Assembly: GCF_001194135.2 (NCBI RefSeq)
Contig: NC_068982.1
Location: 122,450,239 to 122,486,686 of the forward strand
Length of the DNA: 36,448 bases
Direction of reading: 5' to 3'
Source: Octopus bimaculoides
Taxonomy: Eukaryota
The stretch's first letter is position 1, and every line of letters begins with the position of its first letter. Both the position numbers and the translations under genes were made by a program. This document shows positions 1 to 10,902 of this stretch, in pieces. The notes below the pieces were generated by a model. It did not search any database and was not told where the DNA came from. It was given only the letters and a program-made list of their open reading frames with translations.

Positions 1-264
1 CAGGTGGCACATAAAAGACACCATTTCGAGCGTGGCCGTTGCCAGTATCGCCTGACTGGCCTTCGTGCAGGTGACACGTAAAAGCACCTACTACACTCTC
101 TGAGTGGTTGACGTTAGGAAGGGCATCCAGCTGTAGAAACTCTGCCAAATTTAGATTGGAGCCTGGTGTTGCCATCCGGTTTCACCAGTCCTCAGTCAAG
201 TCGTCCAACCCATGCTAGCATGGAAAGCGGACGTTAAACGATGATGATGATGATGATAATGATG
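1..264 (+). mobile_element. 3' end (UTR and (GAT)n tail) of an RTE-clade LINE, cut by the window start
   Basis: Same sequence as the 3' UTR that follows the RTE ORF2 stop codon at 10197-10848 (aggaagggcatccagctgtagaaactctgcc...gcggacgttaaacgatgatgat). Confidence 0.85.
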
Positions 265-802
265 AGTGTGTGGTTTAGGGTTCTATCTCCGAATGTCTTT
301 TTTCTGTCATAGCCTTGGGTCAACCAAAACCTTGTGAGTATCACTTAGTATCTCGAAACTGCATGCAAGACCATTGGTGGTTTTTAAGAGGCAGACTTAA
401 TCTGTCTCCTTGTTTAATACCACCACCTAGCTTTTGTAGCATGCCACAGAGTCTGGTGTGTTGCAAGTATTTGGGTCAGACTTCCTGGTTGCTGCTTTTT
501 CCTCATCTAATTAAATCATAAAAAAAAGAAAGAAATTAAGAAAAAAGAAAAAGGTTTCTGTTTATTTACTGTGTTTGAAGCTAATATACCAAACCACTGT
601 TTACCGTAGGTCACCTGTGTCAATTTACTTTCACAAAATATCTATGCCAATCCTATTTCATGGATGAGTTCAGAACATTCAAAAAAACGCATCCATTTTT
701 GAATTAATTGCATCAAAAGTACATATGTAATAATCCAATCTTGCAAAACAACACCGTGGAACAATGAATTCATATGTACTTCACTTGTATAAGTTACTTT
801 CT

Positions 803-1005
803 CTCTTTTACTTGTTTCAGTCATTTGACTGCAGCCATGCTGGAGCACTGCCTTTAGTCGAGCAAATTGCCCCCAGGACTTATTCTTTGTAAGCCTAGTA
901 CTTAGTCCATCGGTTTCTTTTGCCGAACCACTAAGTTACGGGGATGTAAACACACCAGCATCGATTGTCAAGCGATGTTGGGGGGACAAACACAGACACA
1001 CAAAC
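803..1005 (-). mobile_element. SINE, 3' half only (tail type A ending in aaaaga repeats)
   Basis: Reverse complement matches the 3' half of the full-length SINE at 21041-21437. Confidence 0.8.
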
Positions 1006-1380
1006 ATGACATTGGCTTACACAAACAAATACATATGGTTGCATGGAGATGGCAAATGCCTGCAGCATAACTACAAAATGTCAGTGATAAAATCGTTGCT
1101 CAGTAGAGCATTTTGTTTCTCTTCCACAAATGAAATGCCAGGTAAAGAAATCACAGAATACAACAAGCATTAATTAAGAACAGTTATTCAAACAGACTAG
1201 GAAACTAAGCTATCAATGATTATAAACAGTAATACAATGCAATAAATACATTAGACAGTATCCCAATAAAAAAATACACATATTACACATAAAGAGCATT
1301 ATATTAATTAAATGTATATCAGGTACAGAAAAGATAAACACAATCAAATGACCCAATTGGAATACAAAACCACAAACTGA

Positions 1381-1594
1381 TATTCTTTTACTTGTTTCAG
1401 TCATTTGATTGTGGCCATGCTGGAGCACAACCTTTAGTCGAGTAAATCGATCCTAGGACTTATTGTTTGTAAGCCTAATACTTATTCTATCGGTATCTTT
1501 TGCCGAACCGCTAAGTTTTGGGGACGTAAACACACCAGCATCGGTTGTCAAGTGATGTTGGGAGTACAAACACAGACACACAAATACACACACA

Positions 1595-1626
<32 letters not shown>

Positions 1627-1723
1627 CGACGGGCTTCTTTCAATTTCTGTCTACTAAATCCACTCACAAGGTTTTGGTTGGCCCGAGGCTATAGTAGAAG
1701 ACACTTGCCCAAGGTGCCACGCA
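1381..1723 (-). mobile_element. SINE with central microsatellite and tail type A, head truncated
   Basis: Matches 21041-21437 in reverse: core ccttgggcaagtgtc, central (AT)/(AC)n and ctgaaacaagtaaaaga end. Confidence 0.85.
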
Positions 1724-1825
1724 ATATATTGCAAAAACAAGATCACACAGATCACACAGAAACACAGACACACACACACACAGAGTAAAATCGCTGTCTT
1801 CCACACATACAGTTTTGTCCTTTCA

Positions 1826-2110
1826 GGTGCTCATGCCACTTGAAAGCACCTGTACCAGTGCTGTGTTAATGCACTCGTGCCAGTGCTGCATTGGTGCACC
1901 TGTGCTAGTGCTGCATTAGCCCACCTATGCCAGTGGCACATAAAATACACCTAGTACACTCTGTTAAGTGGTTGATATTAGGAAGGGCATCCGACTGTAG
2001 AAACCATGCCACAACAGACAATTGGAGTCTGGACAGCTTTGCTAGCCAGCTCCATGTCAAACCATCCAACTCATGTCAGCATGGAAAGTGGACATTAAAT
2101 GATGATGACG
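1826..2110 (+). mobile_element. Diverged RTE-type 3' tail
   Basis: aggaagggcatccgactgtagaaacc...catggaaagtggacattaaatgatgatgac, similar to 1-264. Confidence 0.7.
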
Positions 2111-3017
2111 TTGTACACACACACACACACACACACATTCCTCATCTTATCCAGAATAACAATCTGCTGGCAGTGTCCAGAGAAGTGCAGCCAGAAAAAT
2201 ACTTTCTGTCAGTTACTCACCATGTTTTGAGCATACTACTTCTTTGGGTATCCAATACACTTATGTTTCAATATCTAGCAGCTGACTTGGTAGAAGCTTG
2301 CAAGATTATCCATTATCTTTCCAACTATATTTTTAACCACCTTTTTGAATTCTACCACTCGTAGTCATACTAATTAAATCAAAAACTAGTCACCCCAAGT
2401 CCGTTCTGATCCGGCAGACCTAAGTTCAAAGACATTCCATCTTATCTTTTTTCAAGCATCTGATCTTTCAACCATCTTATCTTTTTTCAAGCATAATGTC
2501 TCTAGGACTACATCATCATAATGTCCTTTATTTTTTAAGATGATAGAGTGTGATATGATGTTAATTTAAGCTGTTATTTCTAGCAAGTTGATCAATTGCA
2601 TAGAAGTCCTGCTTGTTACTGCTGTCTTTGACATAGCTGTTAAGCCCCAAGTCAGCTCTGATAGAGTAGACATATGATTGGAAGCTTACAAACAATGACC
2701 ACATAATCAAATTATTTCCAGACATTACCAGAAGCTTCCAACAATGGCCTTATACTCAATCTTCTTTTAAATATATCATCAGAAGTATTCCAGTGATGAT
2801 CATGCCTTCAATTTTCTTTAAACTTTATTAGAAGCATTCCTACAATGACCTCACCATTGACTTTTTCCAGACATATCATATGGACACACATCAGTTTCTA
2901 ACAAATACCATACCATTGATTTCTTTCAGGCATAATATTTCCCTGATAACATTCTTTTGTGACCTTTTGTTAAATTTTTTACTAATACACACACACATGC
3001 ACACACACACATATATA

Positions 3018-3230
3018 TGACGGGGTGCTGCAAAGTTGGATTTGAGTAAAAGGAAATACAGGAGGATCAATTAATTATGATTTTATTCAACATATTCCCC
3101 TCTCAGATTCATACACTCATTGCAGTGGTCCTTCAGTTTTTCTAAGCTCTGTAAAAGAACTCGGAAGGTTAGGCTGCCAACTGGCCTTTCATGGAACCCT
3201 TAAAGACAGGGACTTTTTAGCACACCCTTG
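3018..3230. mobile_element. Tc1/mariner-type MITE, copy 1
   Basis: Imperfect TIRs (tgacggggtgctgcaaagtt / gactttttagcacacccttg), TA on both sides, internal sequence shared with 3824-4008. Confidence 0.75.
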
Positions 3231-3691
3231 TATTGTGTAATTTGGGGAACATTTGTCCTGCTATTTATTGTAGATCAAGTATCCATGTTGACAAGTGGTT
3301 ATGAGTTCAGGTCCAAAATTATATGTGTGGGTAGTTCATTGCATCTATGTCAAGGACACACTCTAAGTTTATTATGAGATGATTTTTATCTGGCTGCTTG
3401 CAACAGGAACTAGACTTCCTATGAATGGTATGTACAATACACTGATGTCTCTGTCACTGTGGAATGGTGGAACTATGTTTAACTGAGATCATGATAATAT
3501 TGCAAGTTTTAGAGGAACTTACTTATTGCTATGGAGAGCATAACAGCCCAGTCTAGTCAGTGACTGTCTGTGACATTATTTAAAATTAAATTACTTCTAA
3601 ATTCCAAGTGGCTTTTAAGAACTGGTGCTTAGTACCAGTGTCCTTGTGTCATTGTGTTTGTTGTGTGTGAGTGTGTGCCTGTGTACATATG

Positions 3692-3742
<51 letters not shown>

Positions 3743-3748
3743 GCACAC

Positions 3749-3789
<41 letters not shown>

Positions 3790-3823
3790 ATAATATACAT
3801 ATTTGTGTATGTATATGAATATA

Positions 3824-4008
3824 CAAGGAGGTGCTAAAAAGTCCCTGGATTTGGGCAAAAGAAAATACAGGAGGATCAGTTAATTATGATTTTATTCAAA
3901 ATATCTCCTTCAGTTTTTCTAAGCCCAGTAAAAGAACTCGGAATGTTGGGCTTCTGACCAGGCTTTTCACAATACTCTTAAAGCTATGAACTTTTCAGCT
4001 CCTCCTCA
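3824..4008. mobile_element. Tc1/mariner-type MITE, copy 2 (shorter)
   Basis: Left end caaggaggtgctaaaaagtccctggattt versus right-end reverse complement tgaggaggagctgaaaagttcatagcttt; TA flanks. Confidence 0.8.
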
Positions 4009-4082
4009 TATATATATATATATATGTGTGTGTATAAATGTATGTATACATACATATATCATGTATATGTATCATATCTATC

Positions 4083-4126
<44 letters not shown>

Positions 4127-4133
4127 TGTACAT

Positions 4134-4340
4134 ACAAACTTGTTACCAGTTCAAATATGCCTGAGGCATATTCGAACCTGTAAGAAAGCCATTTACAGTA
4201 TTTTGTCGCGTACTTTCTCACTGTAGACAAATAGGTGCAATCACTTTAAGTCAGTTTGAAATGCCTCCTAACCAGACTGTTGAACGCATGCATTTTGGAG
4301 TAGTTATCTCCTCTTCAGCATCAGATACTGGAAAGGTAAA
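4134..4340 (-). mobile_element. Penelope-like retroelement pseudo-LTR relic; a second diverged partial copy lies at ~4467-4612
   Basis: Locally duplicated block (ttgttaccagttcaaatatgcctgaggcata...ctaaccagactg) that contains a hammerhead-like motif, a known feature of Penelope-like pseudo-LTRs. Family assignment is inference. Confidence 0.55.
4272..4331 (-). ncRNA. Type I minimal hammerhead ribozyme-like motif, probably inactivated
   Basis: Minus strand reads ccagtatctgatg-CTGAAGA-ggag(ataacta)ctcc-aAAA-tgcatgcgT-t-caacagtctgg. It has the CUGANGA core, 4-bp stem II, short stem III and a bulged stem I; G12 is replaced by A. Confidence 0.65.
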
Positions 4341-5188
4341 CAGTGCAAACTAACAAGGGAGAGTTCTCTTTTATTGCATTCCCTTCATTGTACTGAGACT
4401 GGTTGTGCTAATTGGTGGCTCAGCCATAAATAAAATACAGAAGAGAAGTGTCAAGCAGTGATGTGTATAACAATTTGTTACTAGTTCAAATATGCTTGAG
4501 GCATATCTGAACCTATAATAAATCCATTTACTGTGTATGTTGTCAAATAGACAAATAGGTGTAAATGAAGCAAGTCAGTTCAGACCATTATCTAACCAGA
4601 CTGATACCATATGCATATGTGATACCATATGCATTGTCTCCAGAGATTATTGAACCTCACGTGTATGAGAGAGAAGGCTAACTACGCACTGCTGTGAAGA
4701 TGGCTACTGAAAGCAAACCCCTTGTACGAAGCACCTGTGAATAAACTGTTATTGAATTTGCTCTGTCTGAGAACTTCATTCTGCATATTTCCAGCTCCTT
4801 GAATCAACAGAATAATTGTAATGGAAGAAGAAGATACTCCAAAAGTATCATAAAAACCTGTTCACAGAGCCCAGGCTGAAACATTATACTTCTTCCCCCA
4901 TTTTTTTATTTACTCTTTCTACTTATCTCCAAATACAAAATCTCAAAATCCATTGGACTAATGACTGAATGACTGACAAATAACCTGTAGAGATAAATAG
5001 TATAGATAAGATAGTAAAGGATCTAATTTGAGGAGAAGAAATGTCAAATTCATTGTGATCAATATCAAATTCATTGTTTAATCAATAAATCTGGCAAGTA
5101 ATAGATATATGGCTTGAGTCTTGTTAGTTGTCTGTTACACTTTTCTCTCTCAAATATCTTTGTACTTATCATATCTAATATTTATATT

Positions 5189-5375
5189 AGTGGTGAGCTG
5201 GTAGAATCGTTTGCACACCAGACAAAATATTTTGCAGCATTTCTTCCAGCTTTATATTCTGAGGTCATTTTTGCCTTTCATTTTCTCAGAGTCAATAAAA
5301 TAAGTACCAGTTGAACATTGGGATAGATGTAATCGACTAACTCCCCCGCCCCGAAATTTCTAGATTTTTGTTTGT
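5189..5375 (+). mobile_element. tRNA-derived SINE, second family (central tttgcctttcat...aaaataagtacca motif)
   Basis: Head tggtgagctggtagaatcgtt. Related copies at ~9475-9668 (-), 9675-9775 (-), 26865-27062 (-), 28485-28675 (+) and 29641-29845 (+). The central motif resembles the MetaSINE domain as I recall it. Confidence 0.7.
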
Positions 5376-5392
5376 TGTAGAAAGGATAGTAG

Positions 5393-5608
5393 CCCTTTTG
5401 TTACCATATATTTCTGTTGAAATACATTGCCTTTGTTTCAGCTAATTTTAAAAATAATGAAAAATTTAATTTTGTCATTTTAAGCTGATGTGTGGAATAT
5501 AAATCAACTTGAGATTAACCTTAAAACTGAAATTAACATTAAAGCATGAAGTTTGCAACAAAAAACTACGGGTGGGAGTAGTGGTGGGTAGGGCTGGTAT
5601 CAAAAGAT
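5393..5608. mobile_element. Possible piggyBac-like MITE, decayed
   Basis: Left cccttttgttacca versus right-end reverse complement atcttttgatacca (11/14); the TTAA target duplication is not intact. Confidence 0.45.
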
Positions 5609-6367
5609 TTGAAGTTCAGTAAATAACCAATAACAAGGGATTTTATCCCAAAATATACAAATACACATCAGCAATAAAGTGACTAATAGTTGTGATGTTA
5701 AGGTGTAAATCTACAGAATATCTGCTCAGGAAGTTAAAGTTTCATCCCAATTATTTTGCTGTGCTCTCACTCGAAAAGGTAAGGCATTGAGGTCTGTTTC
5801 TCTTGACAGAGTGCAAAAAGAAAAAGACCCCTGAAAATACAACAGCAGGTGTAAAATCCCCTTTCAACTTCACAGGGAAGTGGTAAGATATAGTAAGATC
5901 AAGTTTATAAATAAATAACATTTGCCCCAATAGCATGAAAATATCTAAATTTGCAAAAAGAAAAAAGACAACAAAAACAGAATGAAACAAAAGAAAGAAA
6001 ATAAAGAAGTATATAACTTTGGGCCATCTACAATGTGCTCCATTGAACTGTATCAAAAAATAAGTACAGTAGTAAAGTATCACTGGTTTCCATAGTTGAG
6101 AATCTTCAAAGCGCCAACCATATTCAATATATGGTATCTAGGAAATGGGAGTGACAGTGTGCAAAGGAAGTGGAATAGTCAAAATGAAATCATTCATGGA
6201 AAACATGACCAATGAACAAAATGAATTCAGTTCAATTACAGCTTCATTCACTGCCACACATGAATGGATATTTGCACTCATAATACCTTCACACAGCAAA
6301 TATGGTAAGTAATCATAAACACACACACGCACACATACACATGCGTGTGTATGTATATATATATACA

Positions 6368-6510
6368 GTGTTGGATTCATGATCATAAGGCCATGAGTTT
6401 GATTCCTAGATCAGATGGTATGTTGTGTTCTTAAACAAAGCACTTCATTTCACATTACTCAAGTCTGCTCAGTTGTAATGAGTACTAGTCAGGTGCTGGT
6501 GCAGCCCTTT
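6368..6510 (+). mobile_element. Decayed tRNA-derived SINE, third family (CORE-like gttcttgagcaag...tttcacatt body)
   Basis: Similar to minus-strand copies at 17335-17550 and 26593-26777. Confidence 0.55.
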
Positions 6511-6744
6511 CCCTTCAGGTGTCACATCCTGGATGTTCTGCTGGATGAAGAATGAAGATACAGAGAGGGTATTTATGCCTGCTTGCATTTAGATAAATGC
6601 CTAAAACAATTAGTGAAAGCATGGTACATGTTGCCAAGAGTTATTTGCTGAAGAGAGAAAATAGCAGTACATTTTTTCCTTTCTTCTTCAAAACACAAGG
6701 TCTGAAATTTAGTCCTGTATGTGCCTTTGTCCCAGCTGTTGGTA

Positions 6745-7740
6745 CATTTGGTGCCTAAGGGAGTTTAATTCCGCCGTCCTTGTCTGTACCTCATGTTGAG
6801 CTGTTGGTTCATCCGGTATTGTGGAGAGGAGGATGTCTAGTTCCTTTTTGAGGACATCTACTTCCACCTTATGCAAATTTCCTAGTTTTGGTGGCAGGGC
6901 ATTGAAGAGTTGTGGGCCTTTGAACCCTAGACTATTGCAGTACTTGGTCCTGAATTTAGATGGAGTGGATGGTACCTTTGGTACAATACAACGGTGGCCA
7001 GTTCTGACATTTGTATAACACTCAATGCCAAAGTTAGGTACTAGCCCTTCTAGGATTTTCCATAAGTATATTATAGCATATCTCCCACACTTTCACTCCA
7101 GGGAGTTAAAGCTGTAGTTTTCTCAGCCTATCCCTGTAGCTCATCCGTTGCACTGTTTCACTCTCTTTAGTGTAGTGGTATTGGACTGCTTCAAGCTCTA
7201 CTGCTAGTTTGGCACTATGTGCTGACCATATCTGGGAGCAGTTGTCCAGGCAGCTGAGAACAAAGGTTCTCCACTGGGTCAACATAGTTTCTGGGTCAAC
7301 ATAGTATCCATCCTGTCAGTTGTCTGCACTTTGCTGCCATCTTGCTAATGTGCATATAAAATGATGCATCATTGTACATACTTATTCTCAAGTCTTTCAC
7401 TACCTGTGAGTCTGGGATTGTAGTGCCTTCGGGTCCTGTATATGTAGATTATACTGTATTCGTGTGTTGATAGTGCAGTGGTTTAAATTTTCCAGCATGA
7501 AACTGTATGCTGTTTATTTTGGCCCACTTGTATATTGAATTTAGGTCCTGCTGTAAGCTTGTGACGTTATCTTGGTTTTTTATTGCCTGCGATAATTTTG
7601 TATCATTAGTATAGCTAGTGACAGTGGCTGTCCAAGTGACTGTGGGCATGTCTAAGAGGGCTATTATGAACAGTAATGGCCCCAGAACAGTTCCCTGAGG
7701 TATACCACTTAGGATTTGAGTTTCCTCGGAAAGGGCAGCA
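6745..7740 (-). mobile_element. 5'-truncated CR1-like LINE: reverse transcriptase to C-terminus, frameshifted
   Basis: SGIPQGTVLGPLLFII (QG motif), TSYTNDTKL (decayed YADD), LQQDLNSIYKWA, and C-terminal YCNSLGFKGPQLFNALPPKLGNL...VLKKELDILLSTIPDEP. Confidence 0.85.
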
Positions 7741-7766
7741 TGTATATATGTATGTATATATATATT

Positions 7767-7809
<43 letters not shown>

Positions 7810-8166
7810 TAAAATTGTAGTCATGGCCAATGCCAGTGTCATCTAATTGGCACTCATTCTAGTGGTATGCAAAAAATACCCTTCAAATATTTGGCCTCAC
7901 AAAGGCAACGATAAGAGATTGAGACCTTTAGTGGTATGCTATGCTTGAGAAAACCCATCAAGCCAAGTAAAACTGTAGTCACAGTGAATGCCAGTGTCAC
8001 ATAACTAGCACCCATTCCAGTGGAATGTAAAAAATACTCATTACACTCTTGGAGTGGTTGGTATTAGGAAGAGCATCCAGCTGTAGAAAACATGCCATAT
8101 CAGATTAGAACCTGGGGCATCCCTCCAACTTACCAGCTTCAGGCAAGCTGTCTAACCCAAGCCAGC
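7810..8166 (+). mobile_element. Diverged RTE-type 3' tail
   Basis: ggagtggttggtattaggaagagcatccagctgtagaaaac, with decayed upstream sub-repeats. Confidence 0.6.
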
Positions 8167-8864
8167 ATATATATATATATATATATATATATAGTGGATG
8201 TGTGTCTGTATGGTTGAATGGTTGAGAACTTCTCTTCACAACCATAAGGCCCAGGATTCAATTTCATTGCACAACATCCTGGTTAAATGTTATTTTCTAC
8301 AGCCTTGGTTCGATATACTTTGATTCTGTTTAAGAATAACATTAAAGGTACATGTGTCTGCAAAATGCTCAGTTACACACTCATTCAATGAGCAGGGAAT
8401 TTGGTTGATCAAATAACTGAATGAGTTTTGCAGGTATGTAATGTTTTGCATTTTAATGGCTTAGAGGAGGAATGGCAGTGCCAAGACCCTTTTCAAGGCC
8501 TCTGAAACAGGTAGAGGGAAGGGACAAGGTCATCTTCAAGCAGAAAACATGATCTGGATGCTTACAACAGAGCAAACTTTGCTAAAGATACCTATGGGCC
8601 AGGAAGTATGGGTAGTGGTAGTGGCAGTGGTGGTGGTAGTGGTGGAGGTAAAGGTGGTGGTGCTAGTGTTAAACTATGTAATGGATTAATCTTCTTCTAA
8701 CAGGCTTTCACATAGCCTCTGTTGACCAAGCTTCACTCACAAGGTTTTTGTTCACCCAGGGTCATGGTATAAGCCCAAGGTGCTGAACAATAGGATAGAA
8801 CCCAAAACCATGCAGTTGAAGAGTAATTGTTTTAACTCTACAGCCATGCATGAATATTTGTATG

Positions 8865-8964
8865 NNNNNNNNNNNNNNNNNNNNNNNNNNNNNNNNNNNN
8901 NNNNNNNNNNNNNNNNNNNNNNNNNNNNNNNNNNNNNNNNNNNNNNNNNNNNNNNNNNNNNNNN
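8865..8964. other. Assembly gap (100 N)
   Basis: Run of N followed by (AT)n. Confidence 0.99.
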
Positions 8965-9012
<48 letters not shown>

Positions 9013-9778
9013 TATTATTATTGTTGGAACCTGATAAGTTAAATGTCTCAGCACTAAAGTAAACCATGATCCAATTACAGTGATTTATAAAATACGTATG
9101 CATAGTATCATGTGTTTAGTCTACAAAAGTCTCAATCTATACTATGATGTTTCACAAATGAAAGAAAAATCACTTTTTAATTTTTTTTTCAAAATAGCTT
9201 AGTCTGAAATGCAGGTCACTGTCTCAGTTGCAGGCAGGTAACTATGGGAAAATATCTTAAAATAGATTTATTTAATTAGGATAACAACTTGTTATCAATA
9301 GGATAGTTGCACATAAATTACCAGTCACACATTGAGTAAATAAATAAATGCTAAATAATGAATGTCAAATACTAACTAATTAATTAAATTGCCCCAAAAC
9401 ATATACAGAAATTTTTAAGCATTGCAAAATGCTACTTGTGAATGATAATAAGAAACTTTCTAATTTTAACACAAAGCTAGAAATTTTGTGGTGAAGGGTA
9501 AGTCAGTTATGTTTACTCCAGTAATTGGCTGGTGCTTTATTTTATTGACCCCAAAAGGACTAAAGGCAAAGATAACCTTAGAATTATTTGAACTCACAGA
9601 GAAAGCCAAAAGAAATGCTGTGGAGTATTTTGTCTGATGTGCTAACAATTCTGCCAGCTCATCACCTTAAAATAATGGTTTCAAATTTTTATACAAGACC
9701 AGTAATTTTAGGGAAGTGAATAAATTGATTGCATTGACCTCAGTGCTCAACTGGTACTTACTTTATTGATGCTGAAAT

Positions 9779-10197
9779 TCTACCCAGAATTCTTCACTGT
9801 ACTCATTGCCAACCCGCACCTTACTGACAGCATCCCTGTACATGGCTCGTACAGCTCTCACTAACCATTCACCTATCCCTAGTTTCCTCATTGACCACCA
9901 GATAAGGGATCGGAGGACCTGTCAAAGGCTTTCTCTATGTCAACAAAAGTCAGGTACAGAGGTTTATCTTTGGTTAGGTATTTCTCCTGCAGTTTTCTTA
10001 CCAGAAATATAGCATCAGTGGGGCTTTTCCTTGGCACAAACCCAAACTGCATCTCATCTAAGCTGATTCTCTCCCTAATTAGTTGGGCTATGACCCTCTC
10101 CGTAACCTTCATTACCTGGTTCAACAACTTGATACCTCTGTAATTGCTTGTGTCTAAAGCATCACCTTTACCTTTGTAGCAGTTGACTATGGTGCTG
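9779..10197 (-). mobile_element. RTE-clade LINE reverse transcriptase fragment (inverted segment)
   Basis: TIVNCYKGKGDALDTSNYRGIKLLNQVMKVTERVIAQLIRERISLDEMQFGFVPRKSPTDAIFLVRKLQEKYLTKDKPLYLTFVDIEKAFDR, then after a frameshift SLIWWSMRKLGIGEWLVRAVRAMYRDAVSKVRVGNEYSEEF. Confidence 0.92.
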
Positions 10198-10845
10198 GCC
10201 TCACCGAGGCAATGACTAGCGACCGAGACCTGTGGAAATATGCTGTGCGTGAGAAGACCCGACAAGACAAGTGAGACCATAACCCATGGCCTTTACCAGG
10301 GGTGTGGCCAGCCCAATTATGCATACCTTTCCTTCTTTGGACACAAAACCCTGCTTGCGAAGACCTGTTGAGGCAAGTGAAATCGAAATTGAAATTGAAC
10401 CAAATTTGATGACTGCCACCCATGCCAATGGAGCGCTAACAGCACTATCTGAGCAGGATCACTGCCAGAACAGCAGTCTTGCTCCCGTGCCGGTGGCATG
10501 TAAAAAGTACCATTTGAGCGCGATCGTTTCCAGCTTCGCCTTACTGGCACTTGTGCCGGTGGCATGTGAACAAAACATTGGATTGACTCCTGTGCAGGTG
10601 GCACATAAAAAACACCATTTGAGCATGGCCGTTGCCAGTACTGCTGGACTGGCCCTCATGCTGGTGGCATGTAAAAAGCACCCACTACACTCTCGGAGTG
10701 GTTGGTGTTAGGAAGGGCATCCAGCTGTAGAAACTCTGCCAAATCAGATTAGAGTCCAGTGTGGCCATCCGCTTTGTCAGTCCCCAGTCAAATCGTCCAA
10801 CCCATGCTAGCACGGAAAGCGGACATTAAATGATGAGAATGATGA

Positions 10846-10848
<3 letters not shown>
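10197..10848 (+). mobile_element. RTE-clade LINE 3' end: ORF2 C-terminus, 3' UTR and (GAT)n tail
   Basis: LTEAMTSDRDLWKYAVREKTRQDK* followed by a UTR with ~65-bp sub-repeats and gcggacattaaatgatga. Confidence 0.88.
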
Positions 10849-10885
<37 letters not shown>

Positions 10886-10902
10886 TACACACACATATGC
10901 AT

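Noticed and set aside
4700-4745. gtgaagatggctactgaaagc as another hammerhead; also ctgatga motifs at ~16467, 18317, 19176 and 31880
   Set aside because: No intact CUGANGA plus stem II plus GAAA arrangement and no stems I/III.
5751-6386. Minus-strand frame with a single stop over ~210 codons (ORFs 6138-6386 and 5751-6083)
   Set aside because: Partly microsatellite and T-rich low complexity, no recognisable domain and no convincing donor. Plus-strand exon-like pieces in the same region do not chain in phase. Compatible with chance.
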